In this document: positions 1-8,759 of the stretch, in pieces
Layout of the letters: every line of letters starts with the position of its first letter
Position numbering within the stretch: position 1 is the stretch's first letter
IMG/VR virus record: IMGVR_UViG_3300010354_000060
Location: 1-64,000 of that record
Length of the DNA stretch: 64,000 nucleotides
Source of the DNA: a virus
Direction: 5' to 3' (one strand)
Notes under the pieces: generated by a model
The model's input: the letters and a program-made list of their open reading frames with translations, nothing else
Databases searched by the model: none
Told to the model about the DNA's origin: nothing
Program-made: the position numbers and the translations under genes

Positions 1-150
1 AATCTCATCATATTCCTCACAGAATTGATTCATTCGTTCTTGATGTCCATCGTCATCATAGTTAGTTTCTTCACGAATTTCCCATTCAATATCAGAAAGT
101 CGTGCCTGAGTGTCATCAATGAAGTATTCAAGAGTATCAATTAGGGACAT
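1..150 (-). CDS. hypothetical protein, 5' part only (runs off window edge)
   Basis: Hand translation MSLIDTLEYFIDDTQARLSDIEWEIREE..., open to base 1; start overlaps the end of 137..400. Confidence 0.7.
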   Translation of the reverse strand, partial: MSLIDTLEYFIDDTQARLSDIEWEIREETNYDDDGHQERMNQFCEEYDEI

Positions 151-400
151 CTTCTTCCTCGTCAAGTCGTTCCCAATTCCAAGTATATTCAACAAACCCA
201 ATATCAAATCCAAACTTATATGCCCAGAACATAATGCTCAAAAGGCTACCAGTTCCAGATTTGATTTGGATATAGGGCCAACCAGGAAAATCATTCCAAC
301 TTACAGATGCTTGAAGAAGCGCCCATCGTTTATTGTGAAGAACTTGAACATACCATTCTTGCCCGAAATCTTCGCGATGCTTAAATGAAATAAGATTCAC
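137..400 (-). CDS. hypothetical phage protein
   Basis: 87-aa ORF, start overlaps stop of 397..822. Confidence 0.75.
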   Translation of the reverse strand: MNLISFKHREDFGQEWYVQVLHNKRWALLQASVSWNDFPGWPYIQIKSGTGSLLSIMFWAYKFGFDIGFVEYTWNWERLDEEEDVPN

Positions 401-822
401 ACTCCTTCCTCCAGATCAGTCAGTTCATTTTCACTCAGTACCGTTCCCATCGGACCCTTAGGTGCTTTCATCAGTCGTGCAATCTCTTCATCACGCACTT
501 TCCATTCCTTGAACTTATCTTCAAGATCTTCATCCATCGTCAGTTCGTATTCCTTACAGACCTTGCGTTGTTCTTCTTCACTGGTCCAATCATTAAACAC
601 CAGAGACATCGCACCACTGCGAATACTTGCAGGATTCATACCTACACACAGCATAAACTTCTCAAACAGTTTGAAATACTGTTTGCAGTTCAAATCAGCA
701 GCAGGTGCAGTAATCAGATAGTGCTCTTCGGGAATGAAGTCATCATCAGAGAACGATGATCCATAACCGCTGTAAGTGTAGGTAGCATCAAACTTAAACT
801 GAACTTCTGCGTTGTAAGTCAT
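397..822 (-). CDS. hypothetical phage protein
   Basis: 141-aa ORF directly downstream of a sigma70-like promoter. Confidence 0.8.
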   Translation of the reverse strand: MTYNAEVQFKFDATYTYSGYGSSFSDDDFIPEEHYLITAPAADLNCKQYFKLFEKFMLCVGMNPASIRSGAMSLVFNDWTSEEEQRKVCKEYELTMDEDLEDKFKEWKVRDEEIARLMKAPKGPMGTVLSENELTDLEEGV

Positions 823-845
823 TGTGAAGGTGTTTCAATACAGAT

Positions 846-902
846 ACTATAAAACCCCTTGACCAAAAAATCAAGGGGTCTTGTGCCACTAATCCCGCTG
901 TC
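846..902 (-). promoter_or_regulatory. early sigma70-type promoter with upstream quasi-palindromic motif
   Basis: TTGATT(874-869)-N17-TATAGT(851-846), preceded by GACAG-N8-GTGGCACA (902-882). Confidence 0.65.
851..879 (-). terminator. intrinsic terminator hairpin overlapping the promoter
   Basis: 9-bp stem ACCCCTTGA/TCAAGGGGT followed by a short T run. Confidence 0.55.
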
Positions 903-1206
903 TCCAGTCGTCTGGTTTATCTCCAGTAAAGAAATCAATAATATCATCTACGCTTTCAAAGCGACTACGATGATTAGAAGGATCTGGATCTCCAAGATCT
1001 AATGCGTTCATAAATTCATCAAGTCCGTTTTCCTGCATATTAGGGTTTGCTGCCTTTCTTCTTGCTTGTCGCAGCAGAGTGGCAGCACTTCTATTTGCTT
1101 TTGCCAACTTCTCTGCCCATATCATTTCGCTTAATTCTACTGTCTCTCCTGCTACAATCTTATCACAAATTGCTTCAACACGAAGACGATACTGGGTAGA
1201 GAGCAT
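889..1206 (-). CDS. conserved cyanophage hypothetical protein
   Basis: 105 aa MLSTQYRLRVEAICDKI...DWRQRD; late-type CTAAATA at 1234-1228 upstream. Confidence 0.8.
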   Translation of the reverse strand: MLSTQYRLRVEAICDKIVAGETVELSEMIWAEKLAKANRSAATLLRQARRKAANPNMQENGLDEFMNALDLGDPDPSNHRSRFESVDDIIDFFTGDKPDDWRQRD

Positions 1207-1226
1207 ATGTATTACCAGATATAGTG

Positions 1227-1466
1227 TTATTTAGAGTTAGATTCTAACTCCTTTTGCAGTTCTTCTGCAAGTTTATATGCACGTCTCCACATCAACCATT
1301 TCACAATTGGATTTGTTGGAGAGTATTGTATCCACCACTGAACTTTGCGAAACTGAACTTCTACAATTTTAGTGAGTAAGATGAATAACCTTGCCACAGA
1401 TTGGTCAGTTACAATTAAGTAACCAACACAAAAGAAGATTATAAACCAGAGATAAAGTGAACTCAT
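1227..1466 (-). CDS. hypothetical membrane protein
   Basis: 79 aa with hydrophobic N-terminus. Confidence 0.7.
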   Translation of the reverse strand: MSSLYLWFIIFFCVGYLIVTDQSVARLFILLTKIVEVQFRKVQWWIQYSPTNPIVKWLMWRRAYKLAEELQKELESNSK

Positions 1467-1636
1467 TTGCGTAAAGTTTTTAGATATTCTAACACATGTT
1501 CACGAACTGCCATGAGTTCATTGTAACATTCTTGGTTATGAGCACATTGTCTCAATTCTGTGTCAGGTTTTAAAACACTTTCCTCAAACAGAGTGAGTCC
1601 CCTGTTCCATTTCTCCTCATAAGTTTCACTTTTCAT
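1463..1636 (-). CDS. small hypothetical protein (57 aa, not in ORF track)
   Basis: MKSETYEEKWNRGLTLFEESVLKPDTELRQCAHNQECYNELMAVREHVLEYLKTLRK; overlaps both neighbours. Confidence 0.7.
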   Translation of the reverse strand: MKSETYEEKWNRGLTLFEESVLKPDTELRQCAHNQECYNELMAVREHVLEYLKTLRK

Positions 1637-1796
1637 CTTTCTTAATGATTACTGGACAGAAAGGAATAGTTTTGCGAACCTCTGCAACTATCTCACTCTT
1701 TTGAGATTCAGTTAAACCTACAACTTTTGTGAGGCGATGAATGACATTCAATGCTTGTGAGCAAGAAATAATGGCTGTTGAAAATAAAACAACCAT
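1626..1796 (-). CDS. small hypothetical protein (56 aa, not in ORF track)
   Basis: MVVLFSTAIISCSQALNVIHRL...CPVIIKKDEK with AGGAG Shine-Dalgarno upstream. Confidence 0.7.
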   Translation of the reverse strand: MVVLFSTAIISCSQALNVIHRLTKVVGLTESQKSEIVAEVRKTIPFCPVIIKKDEK

Positions 1797-1828
1797 AGCG
1801 TTCTCCTATTCTTCTATTATTTAACAGA

Positions 1829-2185
1829 TTAATCCCAAGATACGTTTTCAAGAAGGAATCCAGGCATCACATATGTATGAGCACCAAGTTCACCAACTCC
1901 ACCAACTTTATATTCAAATTTGTATTCAAACTTATTATGACTATCCCAAGTCACAAATCCCTTTTCTTTGTCAAAACGTGATTTGATTGTGAGTGAGAAT
2001 TGATTTGAATAAATGTTTCGTGTCTTCAGTGCTCCACCCTTTTCACGAGTTTCTACTACAGTACATACATCCTCCAAATACTCATTTTTAGACTCAAGAT
2101 AACAGTTTGTTTGATACTTGAATGCAGGTCCAGCAAAAGCAGGAGAAGCAGTCAAAAGTGCAACAATAAAAAGAAGTTTTTTCAT
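1829..2185 (-). CDS. hypothetical exported protein
   Basis: Likely start MKKLLFIVALLTASPAFA (signal-peptide-like) coupled to the upstream stop. Confidence 0.7.
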   Translation of the reverse strand: MKKLLFIVALLTASPAFAGPAFKYQTNCYLESKNEYLEDVCTVVETREKGGALKTRNIYSNQFSLTIKSRFDKEKGFVTWDSHNKFEYKFEYKVGGVGELGAHTYVMPGFLLENVSWD

Positions 2186-2493
2186 CCAATTACTCTCCAA
2201 CAAACAGTAGCGTTGCCCTTACTCGTAGAAGAAATATGAGCAAAGGCAGCATAAGAAAGATCCAAGTCAGCGTGACTATATGGACCACGATCATTTACTC
2301 TTACAATAACTTGTTTTCCGTTATTTTGGTTTGTTACCCTAATTTTGCTACCCATAGGTAGATAAGGGTGAGCTGCAGTCCAACGATAAGCATCAAACCG
2401 CTCACCGTTAGCAGTTGTTTGTCCATGAAATCCGTCTCCTACTCCATAAAATGTAGCAACACCACAGGCAAGTCCAGCAATCAATCCAATCAC
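2182..2493 (-). CDS. RlpA-like double-psi beta-barrel protein (putative lytic transglycosylase)
   Basis: G.TTANGERFD...TAAHPYLPMGS.IRVTN..NGK.V.VRVNDRGP...DLS..AF signature of the RlpA/DPBB family. Confidence 0.9.
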   Translation of the reverse strand: MIGLIAGLACGVATFYGVGDGFHGQTTANGERFDAYRWTAAHPYLPMGSKIRVTNQNNGKQVIVRVNDRGPYSHADLDLSYAAFAHISSTSKGNATVCWRVIG

Positions 2494-2717
2494 TTAACAA
2501 TCTCCCAATGTTCATTACCAGTCTTCTGAATCCAAAAACAGTATTGACGATTCAGAGAGACAAGAAAGAATTTATCGTTAGTCTCTTGTTCAACCTCACA
2601 AGCATGAAAAGAATTCATGTTGTTGACAAAGCGATTTTTAGCTTTGGAACTTTTTGGATTTACGTTAACGAATCGTTTCTTAGTAATCATTGATTTCATT
2701 GTGTCTTTAACCTCCAC
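2490..2717 (-). CDS. hypothetical phage protein
   Basis: 75-aa ORF; TTGACA promoter lies in the 3' end of the upstream gene. Confidence 0.7.
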   Translation of the reverse strand: MEVKDTMKSMITKKRFVNVNPKSSKAKNRFVNNMNSFHACEVEQETNDKFFLVSLNRQYCFWIQKTGNEHWEIVK

Positions 2718-2726
2718 AAGGCAATT

Positions 2727-3164
2727 TTATAGGGATTGATGGGTGTCTGTCAAGTAGTTCAGAAATTCTTCATACAGAACTACCTCTATTTGATGTGCTT
2801 GAACTTCCCAGGGTTGCTCTGAATAGTCCGTCTCCGTATAGTCTATGCCCCTCCAGAGACGCTTTCCATACTTATCCTTAAGAACACCCGTAACATGCTG
2901 ATAAACGTGCCAGAGTTCATGTAGAAGGGTCTGAGTGTAGTGTTCAGGCGTCATGAAGTTGTGCATTTCAATCTCAAATGCACGAGGTCTATACCCACAA
3001 TCAGTTGCCCAAACCCATCCATAAACACCTTCACGATACAGTCCACGATGATGAACTGAGATCTCCAGTTTGTGTCTTGGAAGATGTTTGGAAATGAACC
3101 AATTGACTATACGTTGGCAGCGTTTTTTGCTATAATTGTATCCAGAAGTTTCAAGAAAGAGCAT
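2727..3164 (-). CDS. putative zinc metallopeptidase-like protein
   Basis: HELWH (HExxH) motif plus downstream PWE.QA. Confidence 0.7.
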   Translation of the reverse strand: MLFLETSGYNYSKKRCQRIVNWFISKHLPRHKLEISVHHRGLYREGVYGWVWATDCGYRPRAFEIEMHNFMTPEHYTQTLLHELWHVYQHVTGVLKDKYGKRLWRGIDYTETDYSEQPWEVQAHQIEVVLYEEFLNYLTDTHQSL

Positions 3165-3258
3165 AGATCAGAACAGATTGAGTCAAACGAACGCCCCAGT
3201 TCATCAGAACCATGAAGGACGCAAAGAAGATCAGTCGGTCTAAATTGGAGAACCTCAT
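3151..3258 (-). CDS. small membrane peptide (35 aa)
   Basis: MRFSNLDRLIFFASFMVLMNWGVRLTQSVLIYALS, downstream of TATAAT at 3285-3280. Confidence 0.6.
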   Translation of the reverse strand: MRFSNLDRLIFFASFMVLMNWGVRLTQSVLIYALS

Positions 3259-3279
3259 CGGTGCCTTGCGTATGAACTC

Positions 3280-3338
3280 ATTATAGAACGCTTCAAGTCG
3301 GAAAAAGGAGGACAGTGGACAGTTATCTAAGTGGCACA
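3280..3338 (-). promoter_or_regulatory. early promoter with quasi-palindromic motif
   Basis: GTGGACAG-N8-GTGGCACA at 3315-3338, about 30 bp from a minus-strand TATAAT. Confidence 0.6.
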
Positions 3339-3878
3339 CCCATTCAAGTTATTGACAATTTTGTATCAATTTATGATGTTAAAAATTGTTATAATGATCT
3401 GGCATCAACTCATTGGGAAGTTGTATTTGATCATGCCTGGAGTAAAGTAAAACGTCGTGCATTTGGTCGTGGAATTGAGCACGAAGAATTGGAAATTGCT
3501 CTGAAAGAAAATGAAATGGTCAAATATTTTTATGGATTAGTTAAGAGTAGAAACCTTGAGGGATGTGGAACTCTTCGGCAATTTTATCTGAACTGTATTA
3601 AACCTGGTGATTCCTTTGAGTATCATCAAGACGTAACTCCTGGCAAGACTGAACTTGCTGGGAGTACAGTTTTAATCTACATGAACCCCGTGTGGAAATG
3701 GTGGTGGGGTTCAGGAACAGAATTTTTATTGGATAATAAAAAAACTCGTCTGGTTAGACCTAAACCTGGACGAGCAATTATATTTCCTGCAAAGATGCAA
3801 CACAGAGCAGTTGCACCAAACTTGCTATTAAATGATTTTGGAAGACTATCTATTGCTCTTCAGTTTTATAAGGACTGA
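3315..3878 (+). CDS. 2OG-Fe(II) oxygenase superfamily protein
   Basis: HQD...HRAV...RLSIA triad and 2OG-binding Arg; GTG start with AGGAGG Shine-Dalgarno. Confidence 0.85.
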   Translation: MDSYLSGTPIQVIDNFVSIYDVKNCYNDLASTHWEVVFDHAWSKVKRRAFGRGIEHEELEIALKENEMVKYFYGLVKSRNLEGCGTLRQFYLNCIKPGDSFEYHQDVTPGKTELAGSTVLIYMNPVWKWWWGSGTEFLLDNKKTRLVRPKPGRAIIFPAKMQHRAVAPNLLLNDFGRLSIALQFYKD

Positions 3879-4404
3879 GATTAAATGATAGGGCAATTCT
3901 TCTCTTATCTGATGTATTTGGTAGTGTGAAATGATGAATTACTGAGGGGAAGATTAGAAGCGTCCCCTCCATAACACATGATGGAGAATACTGCAACGTA
4001 TTTCCTTGCATAAAATCATTGAATGGCGCAATGAACTGTGTTGGGGTATGAACTTCTTGATCATACTCTACGAAGCAAACTGCACTAAATCCCACTGGGC
4101 CATGATTATGAATGACATGGTGCATATTTTTCGTTGATTCTTCAAACCAACAATTCATAAGTTTTAAGTTATGTCCAGTCGTCATTAAAAATTCTGAAAT
4201 CTCGTCTCTTAAAATCTCAGAAACCTCATCAGTATAGTTGTTTCTACTATAATAATCCGTTATAACAGTATTGTTATCAGATAATTTTAAGTAATTATTA
4301 TTACTCTCAAATATGCTCATCAAAGATTCTTTCTTTTCTTCCCAACCTTCTACCATAATGTTAAAGATTGGAACACTGAACATATAATCCTTGTAACCTA
4401 TCAT
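3850..4404 (-). CDS. putative 2OG-Fe(II) oxygenase (TIGR02466-like)
   Basis: HNH...IFPS.IHH...RRIALSFN; start coupled to upstream stop. Confidence 0.85.
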   Translation of the reverse strand: MIGYKDYMFSVPIFNIMVEGWEEKKESLMSIFESNNNYLKLSDNNTVITDYYSRNNYTDEVSEILRDEISEFLMTTGHNLKLMNCWFEESTKNMHHVIHNHGPVGFSAVCFVEYDQEVHTPTQFIAPFNDFMQGNTLQYSPSCVMEGTLLIFPSVIHHFTLPNTSDKRRIALSFNLSPYKTEEQ

Positions 4405-4991
4405 CCTAAATCCTCCAATACATACCAACCAGTCAAAATATACTTGGTTTTTGTTTTACTTATAACACCTTTATGTGTATGAGTCCAATCAGCGGGCCAA
4501 ATAAGCAACGATCCAGTTTCTGCTGATGCCTTAAATCTTTGGTGTAGAAAAATAGTTCCACCATCATAAACATCATTTAGATAGAACATCCAAACAACTT
4601 TTCTGTCTGCATGATTTGTTCCTCCAGATTCTGAGTGCCATCTTTTAAATCCTTCGCCTGGAAGATATCTCTGAATGTTAAATTCTTGCCCTATTCTAAA
4701 TGGATCAATAAAACTTAGTCCAATATATTTTTTAGAATAGTCTTTAATTCTTTCCGATAAAACTTCCATGAATGGTGAAAGCAATCTTCTCCATTCGGGG
4801 TCTCTTGAATCTTCTTTGGTGATGTAGATATCTGTAGAATCTTTTACATTTGGTTTGTATTCGTTCTTACCAGACATTCCCTTTTCATGTCTTTCGGGTG
4901 TCTGTTCAAACTTTTCTATTAAATTCTGGCAGTGTATTGGATCTATGGAATTTTTTATTTCACAAATAAACTCATGATAAGATGGAATCAT
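4401..4991 (-). CDS. 2OG-Fe(II) oxygenase (prolyl-hydroxylase-like)
   Basis: WHSE...YLNDV..GGT.F...WTHTHKG...KYILTGW, the common cyanophage family. Confidence 0.9.
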   Translation of the reverse strand: MIPSYHEFICEIKNSIDPIHCQNLIEKFEQTPERHEKGMSGKNEYKPNVKDSTDIYITKEDSRDPEWRRLLSPFMEVLSERIKDYSKKYIGLSFIDPFRIGQEFNIQRYLPGEGFKRWHSESGGTNHADRKVVWMFYLNDVYDGGTIFLHQRFKASAETGSLLIWPADWTHTHKGVISKTKTKYILTGWYVLEDLG

Positions 4992-5617
4992 ATTTTCACA
5001 CTTGGTTCAAACTCCCACATTTTTTTGTGAATGATACACAGTTCCTTTTCAAAATGAATAGAACGAATCCACCAAGATAGTTCCGTAAGATAATTTGGAG
5101 TATCTTGACAGTCTATAATACCATTTGATGTCAACATTAGATTTGACATATAGTTTTGTAGGTTAGAGTTATTATACTCTCCACTACCAGTATAATACAA
5201 GTTTTCAATACTATAATATCCATCCTCTCTCAGGATTGGAAATAGATTTCCAAATGCAGTGATGATGTCATCTCCTTTATGTGATCCATCATCAATGATT
5301 AAATCAAAACCACCATACATTTTGATTGTGTTATAGGTCTCTACTTTGGTTAGATCACCTTCAACCAACCTAATTTTTTTATTTGATTGAACTCTACATT
5401 TACTCAAATCAATATCAACTCCCAAGATGAGAGAAGCATTTGGGAAGTACTGTTCCCAAAGTTGTAGTGATCCTCCACCATCAATACCAAGTTCAAGAAT
5501 TCTTAAATCTTTCTTAGTCTTTAATCTGGAGAATTTTTCTTCATAAGTTTCTATAAAGTTATTTCTTTTATTGAATGGCTCTCTATTCCAACCATCACAA
5601 AGTTCTTTCAAATTCAT
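4988..5617 (-). CDS. class I SAM-dependent methyltransferase (sugar O-methyltransferase-like)
   Basis: ILELGIDGGGSL motif I, GVDID, FDLIIDDGSH. Confidence 0.85.
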   Translation of the reverse strand: MNLKELCDGWNREPFNKRNNFIETYEEKFSRLKTKKDLRILELGIDGGGSLQLWEQYFPNASLILGVDIDLSKCRVQSNKKIRLVEGDLTKVETYNTIKMYGGFDLIIDDGSHKGDDIITAFGNLFPILREDGYYSIENLYYTGSGEYNNSNLQNYMSNLMLTSNGIIDCQDTPNYLTELSWWIRSIHFEKELCIIHKKMWEFEPSVKI

Positions 5618-5621
5618 AAAG

Positions 5622-6626
5622 TTAGTATGTAATAATATTTGGACAAAGTGCGACTAAGTAACCATTGGCATTATAACCTATATTTTCTCCCCACCACCAA
5701 TCTGTAGGAGCTCCAGAAGATCCATAATTTGAATTGACTGTTGCTGTGAAATATGTTGGGCTCACATAACTGGAACCGCCTCCACCATATGCAGCACCTC
5801 TACAGTCACCGCCATCAGCACCACCGCCGCCACCACCATACCAACCATCATATCCTGGTCCGTATGAGTTTCCTGCTCCCTGACCGCCAGCAAATCCGTT
5901 TCCTGGTTGTGGATCGGTGCCTGAGCGGTGTGGACCTCCCCCTGCCCCTCCAGCGCCGTTCTGAGACCCTCCACCGCCTCCTGAGGCGTTTCTGCATCCA
6001 GACCCGTATGATTCGCCTGTTCCTCCTGTAGGACCACCAGCGTTTGATCCGCCACCATTTCCAGATCCTGCCAAGAGAATAACTCTATTTCTTGTTGGAG
6101 TGTCATTCAACATTGTGGTTGGTGAATTTCCCGTAAGAACAGCGCAAACACCACCGTTGAAGAATGTTACCTGAGAGAAAAATGTATAATCTGCATTATT
6201 TGGATTTAAAGTTCCCTTAACATATCCAGGACTTGGACCATGACCATTCATAGCCATCATCCAGTTATGCCCAGATTTTGTTGTAAATGGAATTCCAGCG
6301 TTTGTTGCTGCTGAGAGTTTATCAACTCTATATGAAACGAAATTTGTCACATATGGGGCAACAAAAGCTGGACTTGTTCCTCCATTATATTTGCTGACAA
6401 TTCCACCAACATCTGCAGGTGAGCAATAGCGAATGATTAGCACAGATTTAAAATCTGAATATAAGAATTGTATTCCGTATACAGCACTTGTGTCTGCTGC
6501 TGAAGTTGAATTTACACTGGATGCCAGCGAATTTGAAAAGGTTATTGGAAAATCAAATTCTCTTCCCCCTCTTCTCTTTTTAGTAATACCACTGATTGAA
6601 GATGCTATAGAATTAAGAAATGGCAT
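5622..6626 (-). CDS. glycine-rich putative adhesin / fibre-tip protein
   Basis: Likely start MPFLNSIASSISGITKKRR 1 nt after the fibre stop; polyglycine tracts in the C-terminal half. Confidence 0.7.
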   Translation of the reverse strand: MPFLNSIASSISGITKKRRGGREFDFPITFSNSLASSVNSTSAADTSAVYGIQFLYSDFKSVLIIRYCSPADVGGIVSKYNGGTSPAFVAPYVTNFVSYRVDKLSAATNAGIPFTTKSGHNWMMAMNGHGPSPGYVKGTLNPNNADYTFFSQVTFFNGGVCAVLTGNSPTTMLNDTPTRNRVILLAGSGNGGGSNAGGPTGGTGESYGSGCRNASGGGGGSQNGAGGAGGGPHRSGTDPQPGNGFAGGQGAGNSYGPGYDGWYGGGGGGADGGDCRGAAYGGGGSSYVSPTYFTATVNSNYGSSGAPTDWWWGENIGYNANGYLVALCPNIITY

Positions 6627-6627
6627 A

Positions 6628-7536
6628 TCAATAATAACCTCCGACAACAGTTCCAAATACTTCGTAGTTAGCAGTTGTTGATGCTGAACCTACTGTGTTA
6701 ATGCCTGTAAAGTTATATATTGCATATCCATTTGAAGTTGTAACTCCAGAAATCGCATTCGCAAGAGAACCACCAGTCCACTTAATAGTTCTTGATACAC
6801 CATTCAGAGTTACTGTAGTGCAAGTTCTTGCAGTTCCTGTTGAATTAACAACAATTGACATTGACACTGCATGATTATTAAAATCATTGCTTGTTGGAAT
6901 ACCTGTAAGATTTACTGCAATATTTGCCGTTGGATTTGTACAGATAGCAATATTACCATTTGAACTGTTATAAGTTAGATTAACAGTATTTCCACTGACG
7001 ATCTGAGATTTTTCTGCTCCAGTAATAATTCTAAGTTCATTTGTTGCAATCGGAATATTTGCTTCAAATGCCTTTTTAGTGTCACTATAAGTGAAAGTTT
7101 TGCTTGTAGTTCCATAAATCTCAATTCCTGCACCATCAGCAGTAGTATCTGTTGCTGTTGCTGTGGATGCAATACCTACCGTTTTATCTGCAACATCAAG
7201 AACGGTGGTATTAACAATGGTTTGAGTTCCATTTACTCTCAGATTTCCATTGACCGTCAGATTTCCTGAAAGAGTAAGTGCAGAACCTACAATGTTATTG
7301 ACGGTAAGATCTGTAGCAGATAGTGTTGGAAAGAAACCTGTTCTACCAAAGAAAGACGTTGCACTAACAATTCCACTGTTCCCATACATCGTTACCCCAG
7401 AACCCACTTGTAGGGTTGCCTGGGGATTTGTGGTTCCAATACCAACACGTTGATTTGCAGTATCAATCTGAATTGTTGCGCCTTGAGTTCCAATACCAGA
7501 TGCAAAATCAGATAATCTGGATGCGTTTGTAGGCAT
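6628..7536 (-). CDS. tail fibre protein with C-terminal adaptor-like domain
   Basis: VGIGTTNP fibre motifs; C-terminal ~200 aa paralogous to 13844..14899. Confidence 0.8.
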   Translation of the reverse strand: MPTNASRLSDFASGIGTQGATIQIDTANQRVGIGTTNPQATLQVGSGVTMYGNSGIVSATSFFGRTGFFPTLSATDLTVNNIVGSALTLSGNLTVNGNLRVNGTQTIVNTTVLDVADKTVGIASTATATDTTADGAGIEIYGTTSKTFTYSDTKKAFEANIPIATNELRIITGAEKSQIVSGNTVNLTYNSSNGNIAICTNPTANIAVNLTGIPTSNDFNNHAVSMSIVVNSTGTARTCTTVTLNGVSRTIKWTGGSLANAISGVTTSNGYAIYNFTGINTVGSASTTANYEVFGTVVGGYY

Positions 7537-7558
7537 TATATTTCTACGATTTTTTACT

Positions 7559-7565
7559 TATTTAT
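7559..7565 (-). promoter_or_regulatory. T4-type late promoter
   Basis: ATAAATA upstream of fibre gene. Confidence 0.6.
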
Positions 7566-7574
7566 TAGATACGA

Positions 7575-8759
7575 TCAAGCAGTTCTCATAATAAACGCAA
7601 GAGCATAATATGGTGGACGGTTTTCATGATAAAGATTGCCACCAGTGCTTGATGTATTGGGGCTGCTTTCTCCTTGGTTAGCTGCTACTGCAGTGTTTCC
7701 AGATGTTCCAGTGTTCCAAGCACCATTGTTTCTCTGATATGTGTGAGTGTGAGATGGCATCTCACCAATGGTTAATCTATGTGCTGCTTCTCCACCAGAA
7801 TTTCCTGGAGCATAAGTTCCACTTACCGCACCAGTTGTGCCATCATAAGAATAATTTCCAGATCCATCTGCACCAGCACCAACAATAAATCTATTTCTAA
7901 GATCGGGAGTTCCATTAGAACCATCACAAAGAGCCCATCCAGTTGGAATAGAGGCAATAAATCCAGACCACATAATCACACCACCAACAGGAATGATTCC
8001 ATTGCCAACAAATGATGTGGCAGTAACAACGCCAGCAACTCTTAATCCACTGGAATCAACACTAACTTTATAAGCATCAATTCCAGTTGTTCTAAGGGTA
8101 ACAGCAGCACCTACTTGAATTGTGCTAAAAGTGCTAACTCCCGTTGCAGTAAGATTTGGAGTATTTAAGTTGGAAATTGTTGAAACTCCAACTAAATTGA
8201 CTGAACCTTGAACAGTCAATGTTGATGTTGGATTAGTTGTTCCAACTCCGACATTGCTTAAAGTTGATATTCCTGCTGAAGTCTGAGGCCAATAGTTAAC
8301 CGAACTGTCTGCAATAGCTCTTACAGTGCAAATACCAGCAGAAATCTGACTTACTGTGATATTATCCGCAAAATTAATAGTGGATGCAGTTCCTACTGTT
8401 ATTCCACCAGATTTTACAACAATACCAGAAGATCCTGAACCAACTACATTAGTCAGTCCAGAACCATCTCCTATAAAAACACTTCCAATAACAACACCAG
8501 TATTTGCTGCAATAGATGCGTTTGTCCCAAATCTTGCAATATTATCAGAAGATCTAATAGTAATTGCAGAACCTACATTAATTTGATTTGAGGTTACATT
8601 CCCAGTCAGTGGTCCAACAAAAGAACCTGCTTCAATAGTACCATCCTGAACGTCCAACTTAACATCTGGAGTGGTGCTGCCAACTCCAACGTTATTTGTG
8701 GGTCCAACTGTGAATACTCCACTATTTGATAATCTTGAAGCGTCTCTTGCTCTTGACAT
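7575..8759 (-). CDS. tail fibre with collar domain
   Basis: IPVGGVIMWSG...GWALCDG..GTPDLRNRF collar; HTH metal-binding motif; ENRPPYYALAFIM terminus. Confidence 0.85.
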   Translation of the reverse strand: MSRARDASRLSNSGVFTVGPTNNVGVGSTTPDVKLDVQDGTIEAGSFVGPLTGNVTSNQINVGSAITIRSSDNIARFGTNASIAANTGVVIGSVFIGDGSGLTNVVGSGSSGIVVKSGGITVGTASTINFADNITVSQISAGICTVRAIADSSVNYWPQTSAGISTLSNVGVGTTNPTSTLTVQGSVNLVGVSTISNLNTPNLTATGVSTFSTIQVGAAVTLRTTGIDAYKVSVDSSGLRVAGVVTATSFVGNGIIPVGGVIMWSGFIASIPTGWALCDGSNGTPDLRNRFIVGAGADGSGNYSYDGTTGAVSGTYAPGNSGGEAAHRLTIGEMPSHTHTYQRNNGAWNTGTSGNTAVAANQGESSPNTSSTGGNLYHENRPPYYALAFIMRTA

